A stretch of DNA of 61,596 nucleotides, the filler included, from Stramenopiles sp. TOSAG23-2 (lineage: Eukaryota): assembly GCA_900128395.1 (NCBI GenBank). It is 4 parts of 4 records of this genome, joined end to end, with 100 filler letters (N's around TTAATTAATTAA, not from the genome) between each part and the next. Parts side by side here need not be neighbours in the genome. Positions count along the whole stretch, not along the records: positions 1 to 15,350 come from LT649713.1; positions 15,451 to 30,777 come from LT649714.1; 2 more parts are not named here. One strand, 5' to 3'. The notes under the pieces are model-generated. The model did no database searches. It was given only the letters and a program-made list of their open reading frames with translations, and was not told the origin of the DNA. The position numbers and the translations under genes are program-made. Below, one piece after another: positions 10,823 through 20,350 of the stretch (position 1 is its first letter; every line of letters begins with the position of its first letter).

Positions 10823-10936
10823 AATGTTCTCTTACTCATATATTATATAAATTTCTTTTACTCCCGTTCATTAACATAATGTTCTCTTACTCATATATTA
10901 TATAAATTTCTTTTACTCCCGTTCATTAACATAATG
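10823..10936. repeat. 55-bp direct tandem repeat (2 copies) at the duplication junction
   Basis: The unit aatgttctcttactcatatattatataaatttcttttactcccgttcattaacat starts at 10823 and 10878. A third AATG at 10933 overlaps the start of duplicated copy 2. Confidence 0.9.
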
Positions 10937-11495
10937 ATACATCATTCATAGTATGTTCTAACATAGCTTTCTCCTTTCGATCTACATTCATTGGTTCCTT
11001 CCATGACATTCGAGGGGGATTTTCGCATTCCTCCCGCTCAATACACGCAAGGCATTTTTCATTATCTAAATGAAAGCCTAAGCCACCCTTATCATTGGAT
11101 GGTGGAAATACAGTCATATCTATTCTATCAAAAAGTCTGCCAATAGTTCGGCACTGTGTACAACAATCATTACCAAATATACCTACACAAGCAGTTCTAA
11201 ATTTCTCTTCATTTTCAGCTTCCGGCAATCTCGCAACTAATTCTTGACACCATTCATGATCTCCCCACGCAACAGCATATGTGTGGCCCATCGTTCCATC
11301 ATGTGCCAGTTTATTTGCTGTGAAAGCTGCTATATATACTTTATTTCCATTGTAGCAAGTCCTATCTGCTTCTTTTACAGCTGTACATTCAGGCCCAGGT
11401 CCTAGTCGTTGTTGATTAAGGCGGCTAGAAGTTGGCTGTGCATACAGAAATGCCAACGTTATTACCATGATATGTTTAAAATTGCAGTACACCAT
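10926..11495 (-). CDS. Copy 2 of the Cys-rich secreted protein, C-terminus truncated by the duplication junction (189 aa)
   Basis: It is identical to 6408-7016 up to NDVSL, then reads C-stop instead of STHNGGDERWKINT. Confidence 0.5.
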   Translation of the reverse strand: MVYCNFKHIMVITLAFLYAQPTSSRLNQQRLGPGPECTAVKEADRTCYNGNKVYIAAFTANKLAHDGTMGHTYAVAWGDHEWCQELVARLPEAENEEKFRTACVGIFGNDCCTQCRTIGRLFDRIDMTVFPPSNDKGGLGFHLDNEKCLACIEREECENPPRMSWKEPMNVDRKEKAMLEHTMNDVSLC

Positions 11496-12157
11496 GATTT
11501 TTAATCTTGTTATATATTTACTTTTGTACACATACAGATATGTAGTACTTTAACAAGATGTATGTATTCGAATAATTATTGTATATATATTTTTGCTATG
11601 ATGTGGTATTATTGCTTGTGTTGTTATTATCATGTTGTTTGTTTGTTGTTTTTTTCCCCACTACCAGGAGGAAAAGAAGGAAACCTCTGGTGCTCTGCTG
11701 ATGGAACTACGCGTAATATCCACAGGCATCACACACCAGGTAAATATATTAGATAACAGTGTATTATATTAAAATAGCAGCAGTTAAAACTACTATTGAT
11801 AAAATAATACTATGGATATACTATTAATATTGTATAAATACAAATACACTTTTCACACTCCCCAGCCTCCGTCCAGCTTTAATTTAATAGCACATCAATA
11901 CGTTCTTGTTTGTAGTTTTGTACAGTAGTATAGTATGTATTATATTATTATACTATTAATATTACAATATATACTATCAATAAAAAGCAACGACAAAAAC
12001 ATCATACATTCTTTGAACAATTTAATGTTTTCCATAACATTAAAGAAAAGCGTAACAAGTTAAATGTAATGAAAAGCTACTACTCCGTTATAGTTCCAAA
12101 CACAGCTGGACAGCAGCCAATGCAATTAATTATCATCTACTTTGATCGAATACAATA

Positions 12158-15100
12158 ATGAATAACAATAACATAAAACGCAAATTAACAAGGAGAAAAA
12201 TAGCAAAGAAAAGCCGTAATAATAATAATAACAATGTAATAACAAGAAATTTCTTATCTCGACCCAATCCATCACTACCTAAAACATCAGCTGTAAATAG
12301 TCCATATTCATCATCGCAATCGTCTACAACAAAGTCTTCTTTACCAAAACGGCCAAAGGGAAGTAAACGGAGAGGCCGTGGTATCTCAAACAATAGGAAA
12401 AATCGAATTCATAATCCATCATCAGTTCAACAAAGACGTTTGCTTAATGATAACGAAATATGTGTAGCGTTTCCCGTTGTAGAAACGTTTTTGAATAAAA
12501 TAGGCATTGATAAATTTTATGATATTGATGTATACGAATTTTGTAAAGCCGATTCTGAAGGTCTGGTAAGTTTAAGTGATTTACAAAGTTCATTAAGTAA
12601 ACATGAAGTTTATTGTTCCATGCCTTTTTTAAAGCTTCTGAAAAGTGTTATTTTTGGTGCTTCTGGAGACAATGCATTAGACGCTATTCTATTTGATTGT
12701 GGTCAATTAATAAATGTAGTAAATCAACTTGATACCTTGCAAGATGAAACAATAAGCATATTGCAACAGATTGGACAAAATGAAGACGATGGTAATGATT
12801 TCGATATCAACTTTGAAGCAATGCTAAAAACGTTTGCACAAGAGACAGAAGATAGACGAAAACAAATGGATAAAAAAATACCAAAAAATAATCAACCCTT
12901 TATTACCAAGCCAGCGGCATCGCGCCAAACAATAAGTCCTATTACCGTCAAAAAAAATTTTATACGCCCCACAAGTCCAATATTGTCCGATGCCATCAAT
13001 CTTACGTCGGATGATTCAGCCTTGTTGCAACAAATGTTAAATAATTTTATACTACAAAGACAGCAAAAGGAAATGTTGTTAAAGGAATTAAAAATCCAAC
13101 TCCATATTTTACAATCGGCTGAAAAAGAACATGTTTCACTAAATAATAAAAGAAAAAGACTGCAATATTTAAAAGGCGAATATGAACAATATACTGATCT
13201 GTTAGAATGGGAAAGAAGAAATGAAAAAATCAGAAAGCATATGATTACACGAACACATGCAGCAAACAAAATAAAGGAAAAATCCATGCGAAACACTAGA
13301 GAAGTTATAAAGCATTACAATAATGCAGATGTATTGCAACAACTTCAAAAGGCAGAGCAAGAATTGTATAAAATCAAAAAACAATTATCGAATTGTCAAA
13401 AAAAAGTATATTCAATGATAGATGCACAAAATGATCGATTGAAAGAACGCCTTGAGGAACTACAAGATGCATTAGTTGTTCGTAAAATGAACAAAATCAG
13501 CGAACAACGACGGGAAGACATAGCAAATGGTGTTTATTTCGATACTGAGAAACTCCAAACAAAATTACGTAATTTCGATGCAACAAAGGCTAGATTGTTA
13601 CTAAATAAGAAATGGGATTACCATCAAGGAGTTATAAATAAATTGTTTAATGTCACGGGGACGTATGAATTGGAGTCTATGATGTCTAAAGTGTTAAACC
13701 AGCAAAATGAATCTAAACGGTTAGAAAGAGAGAAATCTGATTTAAAAGAAAAAATATCATCGTTAGAAAAAAAGAAATTAATGTGGAAAGAGTATTACGA
13801 TTCGATGCGATTTGGGACTGAAAGTGATATTGAGGATAAACACCCAATTAGGCGGAAAAGGACAAAAAAATCAAAGAAGCAGAAGAAAAATACAGATGTT
13901 GTCCAAGAAAGCGACCAGGCAAAGAATGATGATAATGTTATGCCAGCTGGAATAAATTATGAAGTTCGTATTGAAGAAGTCGCAAATAAAATACGGAAGG
14001 AAGAAAATAGAAGTGAAAAGGCTTCGGTAAAATATACTAAGTTAAGGCAAATTGTTGCAGAAATGACCATGCGTATACAATCCATGATGTTGTCATTTGA
14101 AGTAAATACGAAAGAAGTTGATGTTTTATTGAAATCTATCGAAACGGATTCCGATTTTAGTCAACATGGACAATATTTAGCGGAAGAAGTTGTGGAAGGC
14201 TTGGAAAAATCTATTTTCGCTTTGAATAAAATCGCAGAGAAAAAAGTTAAAGCAAGTGCTAACGAGGAAGAGTTATTTTTGATGATGATGAATGAATTTG
14301 AATCGGAAAATATTGGTGAAGAAAATGCAACTGTGAAAAATCCAGTCACTGAAATAAAACCAGCAATAGATGCAGACAATGTTTTAAACCAAGTTGAAAA
14401 GTTGAAAATTATAGATCAACATAATAGTGATAGTGTTCAACAGAAAAGCATCTTAAAAAAGAAACATATAGGCATTATATCTGTTAAGGATTTACATATG
14501 TCCGCAAGACAAGAAATGATCAAAAACTCGCCTAACATTACCCAACGACAAGCGAATAAAACAAATAATAATCACCATCAAAGAAATACAGTATCACAAA
14601 TAGGATCAGTCGGTACAAGTATTGTTGATTATATATCATTGCTTAGACTAGCACCAGATTTAAATTATATGAAGTTGAAGGCTCCGTTAGGTCAGAACAT
14701 ACGAGTAACTAGTACTGTGGTTGATCAAATTAATGTAAAAGCTCGCCATGCAGCTGTCTTTACATTAATACGTAACATTAATGGATTGTTAAAGAAGAGG
14801 AAAATCACTGCATCAATTTTATTCAGGAAAATTGATAAGGATGAAAGTGGTTCTATTTCTAAATCAGAATTATGGGATGGGCTGCGAGAATTAGGGATAA
14901 AATGGAGGAAAACCGATTTTGATTTACTATATGAACGTTTTGATAGCGATGGAGATGATAGCATCAATATTGATGAATTTCTCAGAATAATTGATCCTGA
15001 TCATAAGGAAGTATTAGTTTTAGAAAAACTTACAATTGATGATGTTGTTATCATTAAAAACCAAGAACATAAAAAGATACACCAAAAAGTAATACACCAA

Positions 15101-15265
15101 ACCAAGAAAAAAATAAGATCCACATTGAATAAAGAAGAATGGTTAGAGGAAACGAAAGATTATAATATTAAAACATTAAGGAATGAAATTAAATTAAAAT
15201 CTGCAAAACGTGTACGAAAGGAAATGAAAAAAATAGAGAAAGAGAATGCATTGTTGCATTGGTAA
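12158..15265 (+). CDS. Coiled-coil/EF-hand protein, copy 2 (1035 aa)
   Basis: It is identical to 7679-10786 except GAAGDIA becomes GASGDNA. Confidence 0.6.
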   Translation: MNNNNIKRKLTRRKIAKKSRNNNNNNVITRNFLSRPNPSLPKTSAVNSPYSSSQSSTTKSSLPKRPKGSKRRGRGISNNRKNRIHNPSSVQQRRLLNDNEICVAFPVVETFLNKIGIDKFYDIDVYEFCKADSEGLVSLSDLQSSLSKHEVYCSMPFLKLLKSVIFGASGDNALDAILFDCGQLINVVNQLDTLQDETISILQQIGQNEDDGNDFDINFEAMLKTFAQETEDRRKQMDKKIPKNNQPFITKPAASRQTISPITVKKNFIRPTSPILSDAINLTSDDSALLQQMLNNFILQRQQKEMLLKELKIQLHILQSAEKEHVSLNNKRKRLQYLKGEYEQYTDLLEWERRNEKIRKHMITRTHAANKIKEKSMRNTREVIKHYNNADVLQQLQKAEQELYKIKKQLSNCQKKVYSMIDAQNDRLKERLEELQDALVVRKMNKISEQRREDIANGVYFDTEKLQTKLRNFDATKARLLLNKKWDYHQGVINKLFNVTGTYELESMMSKVLNQQNESKRLEREKSDLKEKISSLEKKKLMWKEYYDSMRFGTESDIEDKHPIRRKRTKKSKKQKKNTDVVQESDQAKNDDNVMPAGINYEVRIEEVANKIRKEENRSEKASVKYTKLRQIVAEMTMRIQSMMLSFEVNTKEVDVLLKSIETDSDFSQHGQYLAEEVVEGLEKSIFALNKIAEKKVKASANEEELFLMMMNEFESENIGEENATVKNPVTEIKPAIDADNVLNQVEKLKIIDQHNSDSVQQKSILKKKHIGIISVKDLHMSARQEMIKNSPNITQRQANKTNNNHHQRNTVSQIGSVGTSIVDYISLLRLAPDLNYMKLKAPLGQNIRVTSTVVDQINVKARHAAVFTLIRNINGLLKKRKITASILFRKIDKDESGSISKSELWDGLRELGIKWRKTDFDLLYERFDSDGDDSINIDEFLRIIDPDHKEVLVLEKLTIDDVVIIKNQEHKKIHQKVIHQTKKKIRSTLNKEEWLEETKDYNIKTLRNEIKLKSAKRVRKEMKKIEKENALLHW

Positions 15266-15350
15266 AAAAGGAAAAGAGGTGTTTTGTGTGTGCGTATATA
15301 AAATGTTCTCTTACTCATATATTATATAAATTTCTTTTACTCACGTGTTT

Positions 15351-15450
15351 NNNNNNNNNNNNNNNNNNNNNNNNNNNNNNNNNNNNNNNNNNNNTTAATT
15401 AATTAANNNNNNNNNNNNNNNNNNNNNNNNNNNNNNNNNNNNNNNNNNNN
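15351..15450. other. Artificial contig spacer (N44-TTAATTAATTAA-N44)
   Basis: This 100-bp spacer contains a stop-codon linker and is identical at all three gaps. Confidence 0.98.
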
Positions 15451-15798
15451 GTTTCGAGGCATGTTCCTACCATGGGCTTAGCATTAAATTAACACGTATA
15501 ACAAGGTAGTTCGACAGCTTTAATGTGCTAATAATATTAATTATATATTTTGAATTAATGAAATTAATGAGTGACATAAACTAATAAATATTATAAATTA
15601 TAATGTGCAGATTGCAAAATTTAAAGTAGAGATGGAAAAAAAAAACAATGAATATATCGTAACCAAAAACAAAAAAAAATAGAATATACTTCCAGCAAAT
15701 ATATATAGTAAGTAATAGTAGTAGTAGTAATAATAATAATATTGTAATATTGTAGAAAAAAATAGAATTTTACATATCCAGAAAAATAAAAACACATC

Positions 15799-16833
15799 AT
15801 GCCAATACCATCTGCATTTTTATGTCCAATATGGTCATGTACAACAAATGCATTATGGTGTAGTTGGGTTTGTGCAAATAGAAAACGATATGGCACATCG
15901 TTCGAGAAAAGAAAATGGTTAAATGTCGATGGTTGTGGTTTTTTCACGGCTGGCATGACGCAATTTTTTATATTAGGCGGTGCGTACATGGGATGTGTAC
16001 ATGTGATATGGCCATGGTTAGGTATGTATACTTTAAGTGGCATGATAAATACAAGTATATTTTGTACATTTTTATTTCTTGGTGGTTTTAGTCATTTACG
16101 GTGTATGTTTACAAACCCTGGCGCAGTGCCAAAAGATGCCATGCCATTGCCACAAGACGTAGACAAAGCAAGGATGCACGGGAAAACACCGCGAAAATGT
16201 CAGCGTAGTGGTATATATAAACCACCAAGAGCACATTTTGATAGTGGTGTTCAACGCAATGTGATAAAAATGGACCATCATTGTCCATGGGTGAATAATA
16301 CAGTTGGACTTGGAAATCATAAATTTTTCATGCTTTTTTGTCTTTACGTATCATTGGCATCATGGTATGCAATTATATTAATGGTTGTCATGTTTGTCAC
16401 TACAAGCTGTGCCGTTAGTGGTAAACAAGAATTTGTACCACCGCATTGTGTAAATTCACGTCATCCAGAAAATATCATATTTATAATATTATTATGCATT
16501 GAATCGTTATTATTTGGTTTATTTACAATGTGTATGTTATGTGACCAAATTCATTCCGTAGTAACAAATCAAACATATATCGATCGTTTGAAAGATAAAA
16601 ATAGTAATAGTAAACGTAGAAGACGTGGTGCTGGGTGGTGGGCACGATTTTGTACACATATGCGTGAAGTAGTTGGTGATCGTCCAAAAATACAAGATTG
16701 GTTTTTACCTACTACACCTAAATGGAAAGATATGGAATTATTATATGGTTTTTGTATGCCAGGTAGTGATCGTAGTAGACATGTATCATTTCGTTTATTA
16801 GCAAATGATCGTGAATTTATCGAGGAGCCTTAG
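15799..16833 (+). CDS. DHHC-type protein S-acyltransferase (ZDHHC3/7-like) with a degenerate zinc-binding region
   Basis: KPPRAH..KMDHHCPWVNN.VG.GNHKFF, SHLRCMFTNPGAVP, four TM segments and a TTxE-like NQTYID motif are present. Confidence 0.92.
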   Translation: MPIPSAFLCPIWSCTTNALWCSWVCANRKRYGTSFEKRKWLNVDGCGFFTAGMTQFFILGGAYMGCVHVIWPWLGMYTLSGMINTSIFCTFLFLGGFSHLRCMFTNPGAVPKDAMPLPQDVDKARMHGKTPRKCQRSGIYKPPRAHFDSGVQRNVIKMDHHCPWVNNTVGLGNHKFFMLFCLYVSLASWYAIILMVVMFVTTSCAVSGKQEFVPPHCVNSRHPENIIFIILLCIESLLFGLFTMCMLCDQIHSVVTNQTYIDRLKDKNSNSKRRRRGAGWWARFCTHMREVVGDRPKIQDWFLPTTPKWKDMELLYGFCMPGSDRSRHVSFRLLANDREFIEEP

Positions 16834-17311
16834 TGTAAGCTATAATAGGAGGAGAAGAAAGGGGAGCGAAGTGTGGAGTCGCGAGTAGTGAGTGGCGTTG
16901 TCTAATGCTAATGTTAAGGTGTTAGATAGTGGGTCAGGTGGATCTCTAAAAGTCTAAGAAAGAACAAAAGGGTTTTGATGAAGAGATAGAAGCCTTTTTT
17001 ATATCATAGATTTGTTTTTACGAAAAAACGAAAAATAAAAAATATAAATTCCGCTAAAAAATATACTCGTATATAATAATACGCGGTTGTTCGTACACCA
17101 TCAATATTGTGTATTTTTTTATTATTTATTATTATTTTTAATAAAAATCAATTTTATATATTATACGAAAAATGTGTACGAATGTAACATATAAAACATA
17201 AAAAACTAAACTAGGCCTAGATAAAAAAAATGACTTTTAATTTTTAAAAAATCATGTTTTTTTTGTCTTTTTACTTCGTATCATATATATACACATTCTC
17301 TCCTTCTTTTT

Positions 17312-18934
17312 TTAAACACTCATCGCATCTAATTTCTCTTCCTCTTCTTCCAATGTCTTTGATGATTTAGTAATTTTATTCATAATCATTAATTCCATTT
17401 TCTCGTTACCAGTGACTTTTTTCAACATTTCACGATATGTTTTAACTTGCTTTTTTAATACTGCAATTTTTTTTTTCGACAAATTCATTTGTTTCTCATT
17501 TTCCTTGCGTTTCTGTTCTTTACGTTGTTGTAATAATGCAGCTGTATCAATGACTTTGAATTCTTTTTTCTTGTTGTTTGTTCCACCATCTTCGTCGCCA
17601 CCATCGCCATCGCCTATGTTCGTACCTTCGTTAGTCGCCGTCGTCGTTTCATCGTCGTTGTTCTTATTATCTTTACTTGATGTATCTTTTTTGTAGATAT
17701 ATTTATTACTCATATCATTCTTCTTCTTCACCACTGCTCCGTCTTTCTTTTCATTATTTTCATTCTCGTTTACGATATCACCATCAACATCTTCATAGTC
17801 AAAACTAACACCATTTTCAGCAGCTAATCGTGCTTGTTCCTCTTTCAATCGTTTTTCTTCTTTTCGTTGTTTTAACAAAGCAGCAGTATCAATGGGCTTG
17901 TATTCATTCTTCTTTTTAACAGGCGGTGCTGATTCAGGAGGGAAATTATCATCGTAATGTTGATTATTATCACGACGACGAGAATGAAATCCGTTATTAT
18001 TATTATTATTATTATTATAACTTCCACCATTGTCAAAGCGATTTCTTCTATCATTGTCAAAGCGATTTCTTCTATCATTGTCAAAACGATTATTATTATT
18101 ATTTCCATGAAATGGATTGTGGTAATCATTATTGTTTGATCTGCTACGCCTTTCAAATCCTTCCCTGCCTCCCCTATGATTTGTTCTGGATGGAGGTGGT
18201 GGTGCAGCCTCCACGAGTTCAACAGAAATTGCTTTATATGGCAATAAATTACTTTTACGTGGATAATTTGGATTTGGATTTCTTCGTCGTTGAGCCATGG
18301 TAACAATTTCAACTTTCACTTTAGAATCTTTATACAATGGCCAAGCATTGCAATCAATTGCAACCTCTCTTGATAAATGTATATCTTGATTGACAATAGC
18401 AAATATTGGCCCAGAGGATGTTACCATACCTAAAATATTTTGGGATGGACCTTGATGATTATTATTATTGCGATGGTTATTAGTATTACTTGACATTTTT
18501 TGTCTTTTTGGATGTTGTTGTTGATATTCACGACGATTGTTGTTATTGTTACGATTATGATTATCATCATAATTATTATGATTATTCCACCTAGACTTAT
18601 TATCGTTGTTAGAACGGCCGTTTTTAAAATTGTCATCATCGTCAACAAACCTGCGTTTTCTACTATTACGAGAATCATCATCATTATCATCATTACCATT
18701 GGAAAAATGATTACGTCTATCATCATTGTTGAAACGATGATTGTTGTTATTATTATTATTATTATTTCCTGCTGGTGGAAAAGAATCATTTGAATAATTG
18801 TTCATTGTTTTTTCCTTGTCTTGTTCAATTTTTCGTATCAGTTCTTTTGCTTCTTCTTGTTTCCTAGTCAATTCTTCTGGTACTTCTTCTTCATCAGAAG
18901 ACGAATCATCATCAAAGTTAATAACTGTTGACAT
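17312..18934 (-). CDS. N/D/R-rich low-complexity protein with a putative S1-like (OB-fold) RNA-binding domain and a C-terminal coiled coil (540 aa)
   Basis: GMVTSSGPIFAIVNQDIHL...PLYKDSKVKVEIV...PYKAISVELV resembles the CCAR1/DBC1 S1-like domain. It also has RFDNDRRN repeats and a duplicated motif IDTAALL.QRKE.KR. Confidence 0.55.
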   Translation of the reverse strand: MSTVINFDDDSSSDEEEVPEELTRKQEEAKELIRKIEQDKEKTMNNYSNDSFPPAGNNNNNNNNNHRFNNDDRRNHFSNGNDDNDDDSRNSRKRRFVDDDDNFKNGRSNNDNKSRWNNHNNYDDNHNRNNNNNRREYQQQHPKRQKMSSNTNNHRNNNNHQGPSQNILGMVTSSGPIFAIVNQDIHLSREVAIDCNAWPLYKDSKVKVEIVTMAQRRRNPNPNYPRKSNLLPYKAISVELVEAAPPPPSRTNHRGGREGFERRSRSNNNDYHNPFHGNNNNNRFDNDRRNRFDNDRRNRFDNGGSYNNNNNNNNGFHSRRRDNNQHYDDNFPPESAPPVKKKNEYKPIDTAALLKQRKEEKRLKEEQARLAAENGVSFDYEDVDGDIVNENENNEKKDGAVVKKKNDMSNKYIYKKDTSSKDNKNNDDETTTATNEGTNIGDGDGGDEDGGTNNKKKEFKVIDTAALLQQRKEQKRKENEKQMNLSKKKIAVLKKQVKTYREMLKKVTGNEKMELMIMNKITKSSKTLEEEEEKLDAMSV

Positions 18935-20350
18935 GATTTATTAGTTTATCCCTAAATTTGTTTTTTTTTCCGTAGTCGTTCAATTTCAAGAAAATCAATC
19001 ACTAAATTTCACAACTAACAACAATGATATATATATATATAATAAATATTCTTTTCGCAATAAAAAAACAACACAAATATGTTTAGCGGTGTTGATGTCA
19101 ATATAAAAAAACCAAATAAAACTACAGAATCACGATCTCATACACACAATTACATGTAAATATGCAACTTGCAACTAACGTCTGCTTGTTTATCATTCAA
19201 TCATCCAATCTAAACACAAATATATAAATTATGGTCATTTTATAAGTACAAAGTACAGGTTTTTAATAGCACTATCACAGTATGGTAGATAGGATAGCAT
19301 TCGTATAGTAAGAAGGTAGATTTTAACTTCGCGGAGGGGAAACAAGGAGAATTAAAATTGAAAATATAATCATATATAACGTTGATAGGTTGGTAGTTGG
19401 TAGTATATAAATTCAATAAAATATAAAATTTATATTTATGTCCATCTACTATGTCCTATGTCTCCTTATGTCCTTATGTCCTTATCTCCTCTCACCGTTC
19501 CACTTGTTGATACCCGTTTGATCCATCTCTTTTTATATTGTTGTTGTATAGCTTTTAATTGTGAGTTAGTACATGCGTGCAATGCACGAAATAGACGAGG
19601 GCACCGTGTAAGGTGCAATGCTCTTAATGTATTGTTTGTTTTTAATCCATCAATAATATTAAGCTTTAATATCATCAGTAATATTATTATTATATTACAT
19701 TATTACCTAGGACCAATGCCTGTAATGTATTGTTTGTTTTTAATGCTTCATGCATGCTTCACCAATACTTTATACCAGGTACCTTTGCCAGTTTGCCCCT
19801 TTTGCGGCGTTTATTTTTTCTTATTAGTTTTTTCTCGTTTTCGTCTTTTTACTTTCCTATCAATTATATACTGATACTACCAGAGGTACTACTATTAATT
19901 ATTACACATATCACAACCCCCACAACAACAAATCCAACAGCAAACAACAACTAAAAACACAGACTTATAATATTATACTTATATAATTAGAAAAATAAAA
20001 AGGAAAAGTACAACACATATAGATATGTAATAAAGTATTTTCTGTAAATTGTATAATATATATATACAACCCGTTATGTTATACAAGTTCGTTTTATATT
20101 ACAACCATACCTTATAACCAACAAAAAAGCATAGATATATCTATTATAATACATCAAAAGGAATACTGTGTGTATACAATTTTGGTGGCAATCTTCGATT
20201 CTTTGTGAATTCTTATATCCAAGATTGAGAAACACTAGATTATGAAACTACATAAGAAGTAAAATATATATATTGTACATAATATATATTGTTCATTTGC
20301 AACTCGTCGTTAAAGAATAAAAGCATAAATCATTCCGTTTAAATATAACT

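Larger units (their letters stand above)
6453..15342. repeat. Tandem segmental duplication with 4479-bp period (copy 1 about 6453-10863, copy 2 10932-15342)
   Basis: The same ORF set recurs at an offset of exactly 4479 bp. The only differences I noticed are G8183/T12662 and T8193/A12672. Copy 2 runs to within 8 bp of the contig end. Confidence 0.95.

Noticed and set aside
15395-15406. TTAATTAATTAA as a biological motif (e.g. a piggyBac TTAA site)
   Set aside because: It is centred in N-runs, identical at all three gaps, and is an artificial linker.
19458-19954. 138-aa and neighbouring short ORFs
   Set aside because: They have low-complexity, intergenic-like composition that includes a short (cttatgtc) tandem repeat, and no recognisable motifs.
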